From a virus, in the IMG/VR virus record IMGVR_UViG_3300032116_000057, positions 40,455 through 104,454 of that record: a stretch of DNA of 64,000 nucleotides; one strand, written 5' to 3'. How positions within the stretch are numbered: position 1 is the stretch's first letter; each line of letters starts with the position of its first letter. A program made the position numbers and the translations under genes. Below the pieces are notes generated by a model that did no database searches, was not told the DNA's origin, and was given only the letters and a program-made list of their open reading frames with translations. Below are positions 56,249-64,000 of the stretch, piece after piece.

Positions 56249-57305
56249 GGGATTGCTCCTTCGAATAAAACGCTAGATTAGCTGTAAGGCGTTGGTCATT
56301 TGGGTTCAATTCTACGGCCTTAGCTCCATATTTAACGGCTTTATCAAAATCTCCTAGGTTGTAATAGGAGATGGCTGCATAGTCCCAGGGGGCCGATCCC
56401 CAGGCAAATTCTTCACATAGATAGTCCAAAGGCTTAGCCTCAATATCTATGGCCTTAGTTGCTGCTTGATAGCAGGCCGTCCACATACTTCTCTCATAGT
56501 AATACTGCGCTAGCTCTACTAACGCTTCCCGTCTTCCGGGATCTTCATTATGGGCTTTAAGCAACCACTGCTCTCGCTCATCAGAGTTTTCTGACATTTT
56601 TGCAATATAGCGCATAGATGCCGCACGTTCTGGTCTCCACACTGCTTTTGGAAGACTTAGGTGCCTTTTAAACTCAGCGATAGCCTCTTCAAATTGTCCA
56701 TAGAAAAATAACTCTCTAGCATAATAAAAAGCATTTCTATCGTCATATGGGTCTTCTTTTACTGATTGAGCTAATAGTGGAAAATATTGTGATCTGGGTT
56801 TTTCATTATCCGGATAGTGCTGAATTTCTAATCCTATCCAAGTCTGTACTTCGTCTATGCGGTCTGCAGTCAACACTTCGTGTACAGGATGTTTCCAACG
56901 ATATCCATGTCTAGCGTGAATTTTATCTCCACCGTATTCTAATCCTGGCGACCCATCCGGATTCCAACTCCAAGTATATTTATATCTAGGGCGGGTTGTT
57001 TCTTTTGAAATGTTGTCCAAGTATTTACGCCAACCGGACACCAACACTTCATCCATGTCTAAGGCTATGCAGAAATCTATATCGTCTGGAATTAATGAAA
57101 GCGAAGCGTTTCTAGCATCATCAAATCTCCAAGGTTTTATGGAGATAGGAATTACGCTTATGCCAAGAGACCGACCAAGATCAACGGTGCCATCGCTAGA
57201 GCCAGTATCAGCAATAAGGAGATAATCTGCTTCTTTTGCGGATTCATACCACCTCTTTACAAAGTGCTCTTCGTTTAAAGCTATTGTATATACGGCTATT
57301 TTCAT
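56202..57305 (-). CDS. GT2 glycosyltransferase with C-terminal TPRs
   Basis: IALNEE, DTGSSDGT, FDDARNASL, LDMDE, W..PVHE; TPR helices. Confidence 0.9.
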   Translation of the reverse strand: MKIAVYTIALNEEHFVKRWYESAKEADYLLIADTGSSDGTVDLGRSLGISVIPISIKPWRFDDARNASLSLIPDDIDFCIALDMDEVLVSGWRKYLDNISKETTRPRYKYTWSWNPDGSPGLEYGGDKIHARHGYRWKHPVHEVLTADRIDEVQTWIGLEIQHYPDNEKPRSQYFPLLAQSVKEDPYDDRNAFYYARELFFYGQFEEAIAEFKRHLSLPKAVWRPERAASMRYIAKMSENSDEREQWLLKAHNEDPGRREALVELAQYYYERSMWTACYQAATKAIDIEAKPLDYLCEEFAWGSAPWDYAAISYYNLGDFDKAVKYGAKAVELNPNDQRLTANLAFYSKEQSLGNNIQDPRASSPGS

Positions 57306-57322
57306 ACGCCCTCGCAGTCATA

Positions 57323-57436
57323 TTATTCTTCTGGAAAAACCAAATCGTATCCGATAACCTTATCGTTATCATCTCTGACTTCAAATTTTTCAGCCCCTGT
57401 TTCTGGGTCAATGCCTAAGCTTACTCTAGTTGTCAT
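57323..57436 (-). CDS. 37-aa peptide after the collagen fibre; not in ORF track
   Basis: ATGA-coupled; [37 protein letters not shown]. Confidence 0.5.
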   Translation of the reverse strand: MTTRVSLGIDPETGAEKFEVRDDNDKVIGYDLVFPEE

Positions 57437-59325
57437 GATAGTCGTCCCCACGGTGCTACGGTTGTAGCGCTAAGTGAATTGGATGTAAGTGGTAAATCTG
57501 ATTGAAGAGGCACGGTTCCAGAAATTCTTGGGGATAAGGAGCTAATAATTCCGGGCACAGAGTTATAGGCAGTGTAGACGGTGGGGGAAGTAGACCCAAC
57601 CCAAATAATACCTAAAGCGTATCTTTGTCCAGCCTGCAATGTGTAGTTTGCGGGATACCCACCAACGATGTCAAAAGACCGGTTATACAAAGTATTTGTA
57701 GTTCCAAACAATGTTACGTCAGACGCAGTTCTGGCTACCAAAGTAGCTGTAGTACCATCAAACGTATAAAGCCCCAAACGAGCAAGAGTAGTTCCGGAAG
57801 CGCCGGTATTAGCAGACACTACAGTTAATGATGAAATTGTTATGTTTGACAGCGGTGTGAAAAACGATAGGTATGTGGTGCCGTTTGTTAGGGCAGCGCT
57901 TGAGTTTCCTATTCTAGGGTATACGTCTACAGCAGACGCAGACTGGTTTAGGTTGGAAACGGCATAAGAAGCGGGAACAACGCTAAGCCATTCTAACCCT
58001 GTTGCAGTTGAGGAGTTAGTCGTAAGAGCATACCCATTTGTTCCAGCAGATAAAATACCCACTGTTCCAGCTGCAGTTCCAGCAAGAAGATCTCCCTTTG
58101 CCGTGTACTGGTGCGTACCTAACAGTGTAGTTGTACTAGTTGGTAGGGTAAGGGTTCCGGTATTGCTGATAGTGCTAATTGTTGGCGAAGTAAGCGTAAG
58201 ACCAGCAACAGTACTTGCTGTTCCTCCAAGAGAAACAAGAGTAGACCCAATAGTAAGGCTGCTATTTTCAAGCTTAACATTAGTTACATTTGCATCCACA
58301 ATTTTTGCAGTTGTGACTGTTCCGTCTGTAGGAGTACGAGTATCTATAAACCTAGGGTCAGAATCTTTAGCTAGTTTAACCCAAGAACCAGCATGGGCAT
58401 AATATGAATACCCAGTGCCGTGAACATGTGCAAACATGCCGTGTTTAAGGGTTGCGCTTGGTAGATCTTCTTCGGTGTTGTAAACTTCCCAAGTAATATT
58501 TTCTGTTTCAATTAAGCTTTGGTCAAGACCTAATACTGCAGCTATTGCTGTTCCAGTATTTGTAATAGGACCAGTTACTGAAATTACCCCTGAAGGTCCA
58601 GTAGGCCCTAGATCTCCTTGAGGTCCAGTAACACCTTGAATTCCTTGTGGACCAGTTGGGCCAGTTGCTCCTACAATCTGTCCTGCGCTATACCACTGTG
58701 AGCCGTCCCAGACGTATATATCTCCGTTCTCATCAACTATATAAGCGTCATTTAGTACGTTACCTGTAGATGGTAGTGCGGCAACAGTTGCAACACTTCC
58801 TTTAAGAGTTATAGGAACGCCCTGAGCTCCTTGCGGTCCAGTAGGACCTGTTGGTCCCGTAACTTGTGAATCAGCGCCAGTAGGGCCGGTAACACCTTGT
58901 GCTCCTGTTGGACCAGTTGGGCCTGTAGGACCAGTAACTTGTGAGGCTGCACCTGTTGGTCCAGTTATACCCTGCGCACCAGTAGGTCCTGTAGGTCCTG
59001 TAGGACCAAGTGCACCTTGTGGTCCAGTTGCACCAATAGGAATACCAAAATTTAAAACTGCAGCGGTAGAAGTTCCACTGTTTGCTACTGTTGCATTTGA
59101 TCCAGGATTAAGAGTAGTTGTTGTACCAACAGAAACTGTTGGTGTTGATCCCGTAGGTCCTGTAACACCTGAAGAATATGCAAGAGAGTTCCAAGGAGTT
59201 AAACCATTACCAACTTTAAAGCGACCGGTATCAGTTTCCCAACCAGCTTCACCTTGTGAAAGAATTGGGTTATTGAGGTTCCACTCGGAGGCAGTGCCTC
59301 GTCTAAACTGAATCTTTACTGCCAT
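57433..59325 (-). CDS. collagen-like fibre protein with Mtd-N-like N-terminus
   Basis: [11 protein letters not shown]...NPIL..GE.G.ETDT.RFKVGNG; GPT/GAQ triplet runs. Confidence 0.85.
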   Translation of the reverse strand: MAVKIQFRRGTASEWNLNNPILSQGEAGWETDTGRFKVGNGLTPWNSLAYSSGVTGPTGSTPTVSVGTTTTLNPGSNATVANSGTSTAAVLNFGIPIGATGPQGALGPTGPTGPTGAQGITGPTGAASQVTGPTGPTGPTGAQGVTGPTGADSQVTGPTGPTGPQGAQGVPITLKGSVATVAALPSTGNVLNDAYIVDENGDIYVWDGSQWYSAGQIVGATGPTGPQGIQGVTGPQGDLGPTGPSGVISVTGPITNTGTAIAAVLGLDQSLIETENITWEVYNTEEDLPSATLKHGMFAHVHGTGYSYYAHAGSWVKLAKDSDPRFIDTRTPTDGTVTTAKIVDANVTNVKLENSSLTIGSTLVSLGGTASTVAGLTLTSPTISTISNTGTLTLPTSTTTLLGTHQYTAKGDLLAGTAAGTVGILSAGTNGYALTTNSSTATGLEWLSVVPASYAVSNLNQSASAVDVYPRIGNSSAALTNGTTYLSFFTPLSNITISSLTVVSANTGASGTTLARLGLYTFDGTTATLVARTASDVTLFGTTNTLYNRSFDIVGGYPANYTLQAGQRYALGIIWVGSTSPTVYTAYNSVPGIISSLSPRISGTVPLQSDLPLTSNSLSATTVAPWGRLS

Positions 59326-59691
59326 TTAAACTCCTAGTACATTTCCGCCGTTAAGAGTAATACCGCCGCCATAAACGCTATTTGGTGCTCCACCATCTAC
59401 GTTGTCATTTTCTGGACCTGTAGGTCCTGTAGCTCCCGTAGGTCCAGGCTGAGTTGATACAGGCCCTGTCGGTCCTGTAGGTCCTGTTACTCCAGGTCCT
59501 GTCGGTCCTGTAGGACCAGTTATACCAGGTCCTGTTGGTCCTGTCGGCCCGACTGGTCCTGTAGGTCCTAAATCTCCTTGAACACCTTCTGAAATAAGAA
59601 GGCGCCAAACAGAGCCGTTCCAATACCAGGTCGTCTCACCAACAGTGAACTGTTGATCAAGAACGGGGGAGTCTGGAAAATCTATGGCCAT
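59326..59691 (-). CDS. short collagen-like virion protein
   Basis: [17 protein letters not shown] followed by GPT repeats. Confidence 0.8.
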   Translation of the reverse strand: MAIDFPDSPVLDQQFTVGETTWYWNGSVWRLLISEGVQGDLGPTGPVGPTGPTGPGITGPTGPTGPGVTGPTGPTGPVSTQPGPTGATGPTGPENDNVDGGAPNSVYGGGITLNGGNVLGV

Positions 59692-59730
59692 AGTAAGACA
59701 GTATAGGGTTATTTAGACAGTTTTTTTAGC

Positions 59731-60264
59731 CTAAATGTAAACCCACCAGTCCTCAAAGACTCTTTTTGGGTTGTTATTTATACACACGTTCTCTTTATAG
59801 AGAGAGTATCCAGCACTTAAAAATAATGCGTGAGACTCTTTTTTAACCGCATCATTTGCTTTCATAACGTATAGATCGTGCTCAAAAGTAACTGCCTTAA
59901 ATATGTAGTCGGTAGCTAACAGCATTTTTAAGGCCTGTAAGGTTTGAGGAGCCGGCTCTATATCCAAAGATAGGTAATCTATTTCCTTAGGAAACCCTTT
60001 ACTATCTAATAACTCTTGATAGTTAAGCGTAAGGGCGTCCGCCTTTATGCACTCATTAGATCGATTAGAGTTAAATTCATACACTCGTTTTTCATACTTC
60101 TCTATGGATAGGCCTTTCCAGCCGTAATCTTTTTCTAAAAGAAACGTATTAGACATAGTCCTAGAATGTCCAGCACCCACCTCTAAATAGGTACCGTTTT
60201 CTTTAAAGTCAGAAATGGTTAAGGCAAATAGGTCTTGTCCTGCCTCACTATAAAATCTACTCAA
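59731..60264 (-). CDS. FkbM-like SAM-dependent methyltransferase
   Basis: S.AGQD, YLEVGA, SNT..LE...GW.G, IDYLSLDIE, FEDW. Confidence 0.85.
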   Translation of the reverse strand: MSRFYSEAGQDLFALTISDFKENGTYLEVGAGHSRTMSNTFLLEKDYGWKGLSIEKYEKRVYEFNSNRSNECIKADALTLNYQELLDSKGFPKEIDYLSLDIEPAPQTLQALKMLLATDYIFKAVTFEHDLYVMKANDAVKKESHALFLSAGYSLYKENVCINNNPKRVFEDWWVYI

Positions 60265-60928
60265 CTTCTTGAAACCCTTTTTCTACAAAATTACGAACTA
60301 ATTGTTTGCCTAAATGCGTTTTATACGGAGACCACATATGTTCCCAAATAGATGGGTCTACTGGTACCACTATAGGTATCTCTGCTTTATCAAGAGCCTC
60401 ACAAAAGTTTATATCTTGTGATTTTGGACCATATTCACCAGAAGTTGCATACCAATACATGGTGGTTTGATTTAAAGTTTTATCATTATCTTGAAAATTA
60501 ACGGTCAATACAAAGTCTTTTATACGAGTAAATACTTCTTTTTCAATTTTAGCAAAATCAAAATCTATAAACTTAGCGGTTATTTCTGAATCTACATTAA
60601 TTGGGTTTAAAACTACGTTATATTCATCGTTTGGCGAATAAAAATTTTTAGTAGGTACGGCTTCTACAAGAGAGTCATTTTTAATCATAGATATTAGATG
60701 ATCCGCAACCCATTGAATATGGGGCTCTATAAGAACTAATGTATCAAATTTATTCTCAAATAGATACTCTACCGCTTCATTTCTATACACTTCGGCATTT
60801 GGTGACCAAAAAAATTCAAACTCTATGGAGTTTTCTATACCCTTAGCATAAGTTTCCGCTAAAGCTTTTGCATAAAAAATAGAGGAAAATGGTGTGGGAG
60901 AACTTGTAGCAATCAGTACTTTCTTCAT
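60257..60928 (-). CDS. divergent GT-A-fold glycosyltransferase-like protein
   Basis: KVLIAT, RN, LIEPHIQW (no DxD), KIEKEVF, SQDINFC, VDPSI..H. Confidence 0.55.
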   Translation of the reverse strand: MKKVLIATSSPTPFSSIFYAKALAETYAKGIENSIEFEFFWSPNAEVYRNEAVEYLFENKFDTLVLIEPHIQWVADHLISMIKNDSLVEAVPTKNFYSPNDEYNVVLNPINVDSEITAKFIDFDFAKIEKEVFTRIKDFVLTVNFQDNDKTLNQTTMYWYATSGEYGPKSQDINFCEALDKAEIPIVVPVDPSIWEHMWSPYKTHLGKQLVRNFVEKGFQEVE

Positions 60929-60937
60929 TTAGCGCTC

Positions 60938-60972
60938 CAAATAAAATAGGCGGGTCATATAGACCCGCCTAT
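60938..60972 (-). terminator. intrinsic terminator
   Basis: ATAGGCGGGTC-TATAT-GACCCGCCTAT then TTTATTT on the minus strand. Confidence 0.7.
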
Positions 60973-60986
60973 CCTATCAGTACTTT

Positions 60987-61271
60987 TTAAGACTCCAGCT
61001 GATCTGAAGGCACCTCTGCAGTTGCTTCTTCAAGAAGCTTAGCCTGATCCGCTTCAAAAGCAGCTTTTTTAGCTGCCTCTTCTTCAGCGCGGGCTACTAG
61101 TTCGGCCTCATCAGCTGCTACCCAAGCTTCTGCCCAGGCTTGAGCATCTGCGTTAGATTCAAAGGGTGTGAACCCTTCTTCTCTTGGATCAAAGGTTTGA
61201 GTTAAATAAACTCCACCTTCTTCTGTTTTAATGGTTACAACTTTATTTGTAACGTCAATAGTTTTAGCCAT
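60987..61271 (-). CDS. small acidic protein, likely fibre assembly chaperone
   Basis: Q..DP....PF....AQAWA; follows the large fibre gene. Confidence 0.5.
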   Translation of the reverse strand: MAKTIDVTNKVVTIKTEEGGVYLTQTFDPREEGFTPFESNADAQAWAEAWVAADEAELVARAEEEAAKKAAFEADQAKLLEEATAEVPSDQLES

Positions 61272-61274
61272 TTA

Positions 61275-63998
61275 TTACACTTCCTTCGCTCTCACTAAAA
61301 AGTATGCGGTATTTCTCCAAGTACGTACACCATCTGCTTCAGAACCACCGGCAATAATTTCTACTCCACCAAGGCAAGCCTTGTTGTAGGAGAAGTTAGA
61401 CCAGTTGTTTCCGATTGTTCCAGACGATGCTGATACATATGAGGGTGTAGAACGAGAGTTCATAGGAATGTGAGATGAGATAATTTTTGGTTCTGACGCA
61501 AGATTATCCATATCAAATACGTAATATCCCGTTCCATCTGGTTTTTCACAGATTGCATACCGACCGTCATACCATACGTGAGGAGCACGAAGCATGGTGG
61601 TGTCACCGGTCCAGTATGGGCTAGACGTCGTGTGTAGACGGCGCCATCCAGTTTGAGTAGCAGTAAATGGTGAAACACCTTGTTCACGGCTATACTGAAC
61701 TAGAGTACGTCCATCCCAGAAAATAGTTCCTTCTGGAATACTGATGGCGTTTAAGCGACCAGATCCAAACTTTACTACCTGTACATAACGGTTATCGATA
61801 GCATCATGCCCTAGCGTATATCCTTGTGGGACTTGACCCGCACCTTGGTATGCAGCGCTATACCAAGTATAGTTTGTCCAGCGATAGTTACGACCGTATT
61901 GACGGTTAAACTGATTCCAGATGTTATATACCTCGTACTGGTTAGCATCGTATGGACGCATGAAGTGTACGCCTGGTTTGTAAGCTCTGCCAGCTGCATA
62001 AATAGCTAGTTCACCTGGATCCTGCAAACCAGAAGTTTGTCCGGCACGATCCCACATAGTTGGGTCGTGTGAATCACCGCCCTGATCACCGGTAAATCCT
62101 TGATCCTGGTACCAGAATCTTCCAGTATCTTCTTCAAGAATTCCCGATACTGCACGCCATGGGTTACGGTTGTAGGTAGCAAAGTTATAGTTACCATCAT
62201 TCCATAGAACTCCAAGACGAGATGGCATAAGACCAGTTACGTAGTAGCGTCGCATCTGAGGGTCATAAATAGCTTGATTAATGGTGATTTCTTGGAACAC
62301 TGGATAAACTTCACCAGCAGTAGTAATCATCTCACCACCCCAAGTCTCAAATGAATGTCTTGTACGAGTTGATGTGCTTACGGTATCTCCCGTGCTGTTT
62401 CCACCAATTACTTCAGAATCGACGTTCCAGTCGCTATAGCCTGCGTAAGTTACCGGAGCAGCAAATGGGTTTCTGTGATAGCCGAAAGCAAAAACTGTAT
62501 TTAAACCTACAGCCATTTCGCCACGTGGACGATAGTTACCAATGTACTCAACTTTTTTAGGCTTTTGAGTATCAACATAATCGTGGTTATAACGAGTTAA
62601 CGCAGAACCACCATAGTTATTGCGGAAGCGCCAGAAACGACCATTCCAAGAGGAGTCCGCTGGCTGCCAAATAAAGGTTGAGCCATAAGTATCGTTTCCT
62701 GGACGCATTGCTAGTGGGTAGAAGTCACCCATATCTTCTGATTTATCAAGCCAACGATCAAGAGATTGAGTAGCTGTGTCATAGATATAGAGACGACGAC
62801 CCCAATAACGATCTGTGTTGGATGGGGCGGTAGCGTTAGTTGTATAGGTACGACGACCAATAACACCAAACGCTGTGTTGCTATAGCGGAAAATTTGACC
62901 GCCACGGAACCAAGTAGATGCCTCGTTTGTACGAGATGGGGGCGTTACTTTTGCCCACACGTTGTTAGTTGGATCATAAATCTGATAGTCAGTTGTACCG
63001 CCATCAGTGTTACCAATACCCTGAGTTGGGCTAGCAAGGAAGTAATTGTTTACATAAGAACCTTCGTGCCAAGTATCGGTAGCTGTTTGGATTGTGTCTC
63101 GTACACCGTTGGAAAGGTTATACCTAACAAAGCCGTTACCTGAACGCTCCTGCTGCCAGTTGTACCAATAACGAACACCAGAAATGGTGTGAGTAAAGGA
63201 CATCTGTGGACCATCAACATATGAGTTGTAACCTGTAGCGCCTAGGTTCCATGCGCCAATAAAAGTCCAAGTATCTGTGGCTTTTGTGTATGTGTAAAGA
63301 TAGGTATCAACAGAGGTATAAACAACTGAGTTGATTGTCTGTGTACGGTTGTCGTTGCATCGGAACCAAACAATAATATCTGCTCCTGTGTCCCACATTA
63401 CTGCACGACGAAGACGTTGCTCAACAAATGTAGTTGCATTTTCAGTAGACTGTGGGGGAAGTGGAATATCTGCAAGACGAGTCCAAGTATTAGTTGTGTT
63501 ATTAAGCGCCTTGTAGAAGAAGTTTCCAGCAATACCTGAGAAGGTTGTTGAAGAGGTTCCAATACCTTGACCTGCAGATGGGGTGTTACGGAAGCGATAT
63601 ACACCAGTTCCTGTAGAATCATATGTCCAGCACACCCATGCAGCAGTATTTGCAGTTCCATCAAGACGAGCTGTCATTGGGTTACGGGAGGTATTCATAC
63701 CATAACCTTCGTAAGCAAACCAGTCAGTTGACTTTTCGGTATGTGCGTATACTTCGCCAAGACCGTCAATAGAAGATCCCGTACGGGCTGGAATAGATGA
63801 GCTGTACTTAATAATTAAAAGAGTAGAACCAGTACCTGCGGTGTTTCCACCAGAAGTTGCAGTTAGAATACGGATACGAGCAATAGTTCCATTGTGTGTA
63901 AACGCTTTTCCTTTTACAAGAGAAATTGTTTCAATAGGAGTAGTTAAGTTTCCTACCGCATAAATGGCAACTGTAATTGGCTCTTCTTGAGCACGAAA
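61275..63998 (-). CDS. large beta-propeller (Kelch-like) virion/receptor-binding protein; 5' end beyond the window
   Basis: WTRLADIP, YTKATDTWT, IYDPTNNVW repeats; frame stays open from track start 63698 to the window edge. Confidence 0.7.
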   Translation of the reverse strand, partial: FRAQEEPITVAIYAVGNLTTPIETISLVKGKAFTHNGTIARIRILTATSGGNTAGTGSTLLIIKYSSSIPARTGSSIDGLGEVYAHTEKSTDWFAYEGYGMNTSRNPMTARLDGTANTAAWVCWTYDSTGTGVYRFRNTPSAGQGIGTSSTTFSGIAGNFFYKALNNTTNTWTRLADIPLPPQSTENATTFVEQRLRRAVMWDTGADIIVWFRCNDNRTQTINSVVYTSVDTYLYTYTKATDTWTFIGAWNLGATGYNSYVDGPQMSFTHTISGVRYWYNWQQERSGNGFVRYNLSNGVRDTIQTATDTWHEGSYVNNYFLASPTQGIGNTDGGTTDYQIYDPTNNVWAKVTPPSRTNEASTWFRGGQIFRYSNTAFGVIGRRTYTTNATAPSNTDRYWGRRLYIYDTATQSLDRWLDKSEDMGDFYPLAMRPGNDTYGSTFIWQPADSSWNGRFWRFRNNYGGSALTRYNHDYVDTQKPKKVEYIGNYRPRGEMAVGLNTVFAFGYHRNPFAAPVTYAGYSDWNVDSEVIGGNSTGDTVSTSTRTRHSFETWGGEMITTAGEVYPVFQEITINQAIYDPQMRRYYVTGLMPSRLGVLWNDGNYNFATYNRNPWRAVSGILEEDTGRFWYQDQGFTGDQGGDSHDPTMWDRAGQTSGLQDPGELAIYAAGRAYKPGVHFMRPYDANQYEVYNIWNQFNRQYGRNYRWTNYTWYSAAYQGAGQVPQGYTLGHDAIDNRYVQVVKFGSGRLNAISIPEGTIFWDGRTLVQYSREQGVSPFTATQTGWRRLHTTSSPYWTGDTTMLRAPHVWYDGRYAICEKPDGTGYYVFDMDNLASEPKIISSHIPMNSRSTPSYVSASSGTIGNNWSNFSYNKACLGGVEIIAGGSEADGVRTWRNTAYFLVRAKEV

Positions 63999-64000
63999 TT

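Noticed and set aside
57433-59325. Diversity-generating retroelement suggested by the Mtd-like N-terminus
   Set aside because: No reverse transcriptase or template/variable repeat pair seen in the window.
1-64000. Stop-codon reassignment, introns or inteins
   Set aside because: Core genes (polA, recA, dnaB, sheath) are intact and of ordinary length in the standard code, and TAA, TAG and TGA all end genes.

Overview
The window is a 64 kb piece of a large contractile-tailed (myovirus-type) phage genome, almost entirely on the minus strand. Two WhiB genes, leaderless-type promoters and fairly AT-rich DNA point to an actinobacterial host; a low-GC freshwater lineage is an inference. In transcription order (right to left): (1) a fibre/adhesin cluster (Kelch-like propeller, two GPT collagen-like fibres, a Cys-rich adhesin with four polyproline tracts) interleaved with modifying enzymes (FkbM-like methyltransferase, GT2-TPR glycosyltransferase, prolyl-4-hydroxylase-like 2OG-Fe(II) dioxygenase, GT60/Gnt1-like hydroxyproline GlcNAc-transferase, DUF6065-like); (2) head-tail connector, a chain of Lys-rich micro-ORFs, neck, terminator, sheath, tube, chaperone with a probable +1 frameshift, tape measure with M23 and transglycosylase domains, and baseplate; (3) replication/recombination genes (initiator, DnaC-like loader, DnaB, primase, SNF2 helicase, SSB, PolA, RecA, Cas4-like nuclease, resolvases, dNMP kinase) plus Hsp20 and SpoVS; (4) the only plus-strand block, a lysis/envelope cassette ending in a CHAP endolysin; (5) small basic hypothetical genes and a nucleotidyltransferase/HAD-like/TGT-fold trio. 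No capsid, portal, terminase, tRNA or CRISPR array was recognised. The best candidate for a new system is a phage-encoded proline-hydroxylation plus hydroxyproline-glycosylation pathway directly downstream of its likely substrate, an extensin-like polyproline virion protein. All family calls come from motif recognition by eye; no searches were run.
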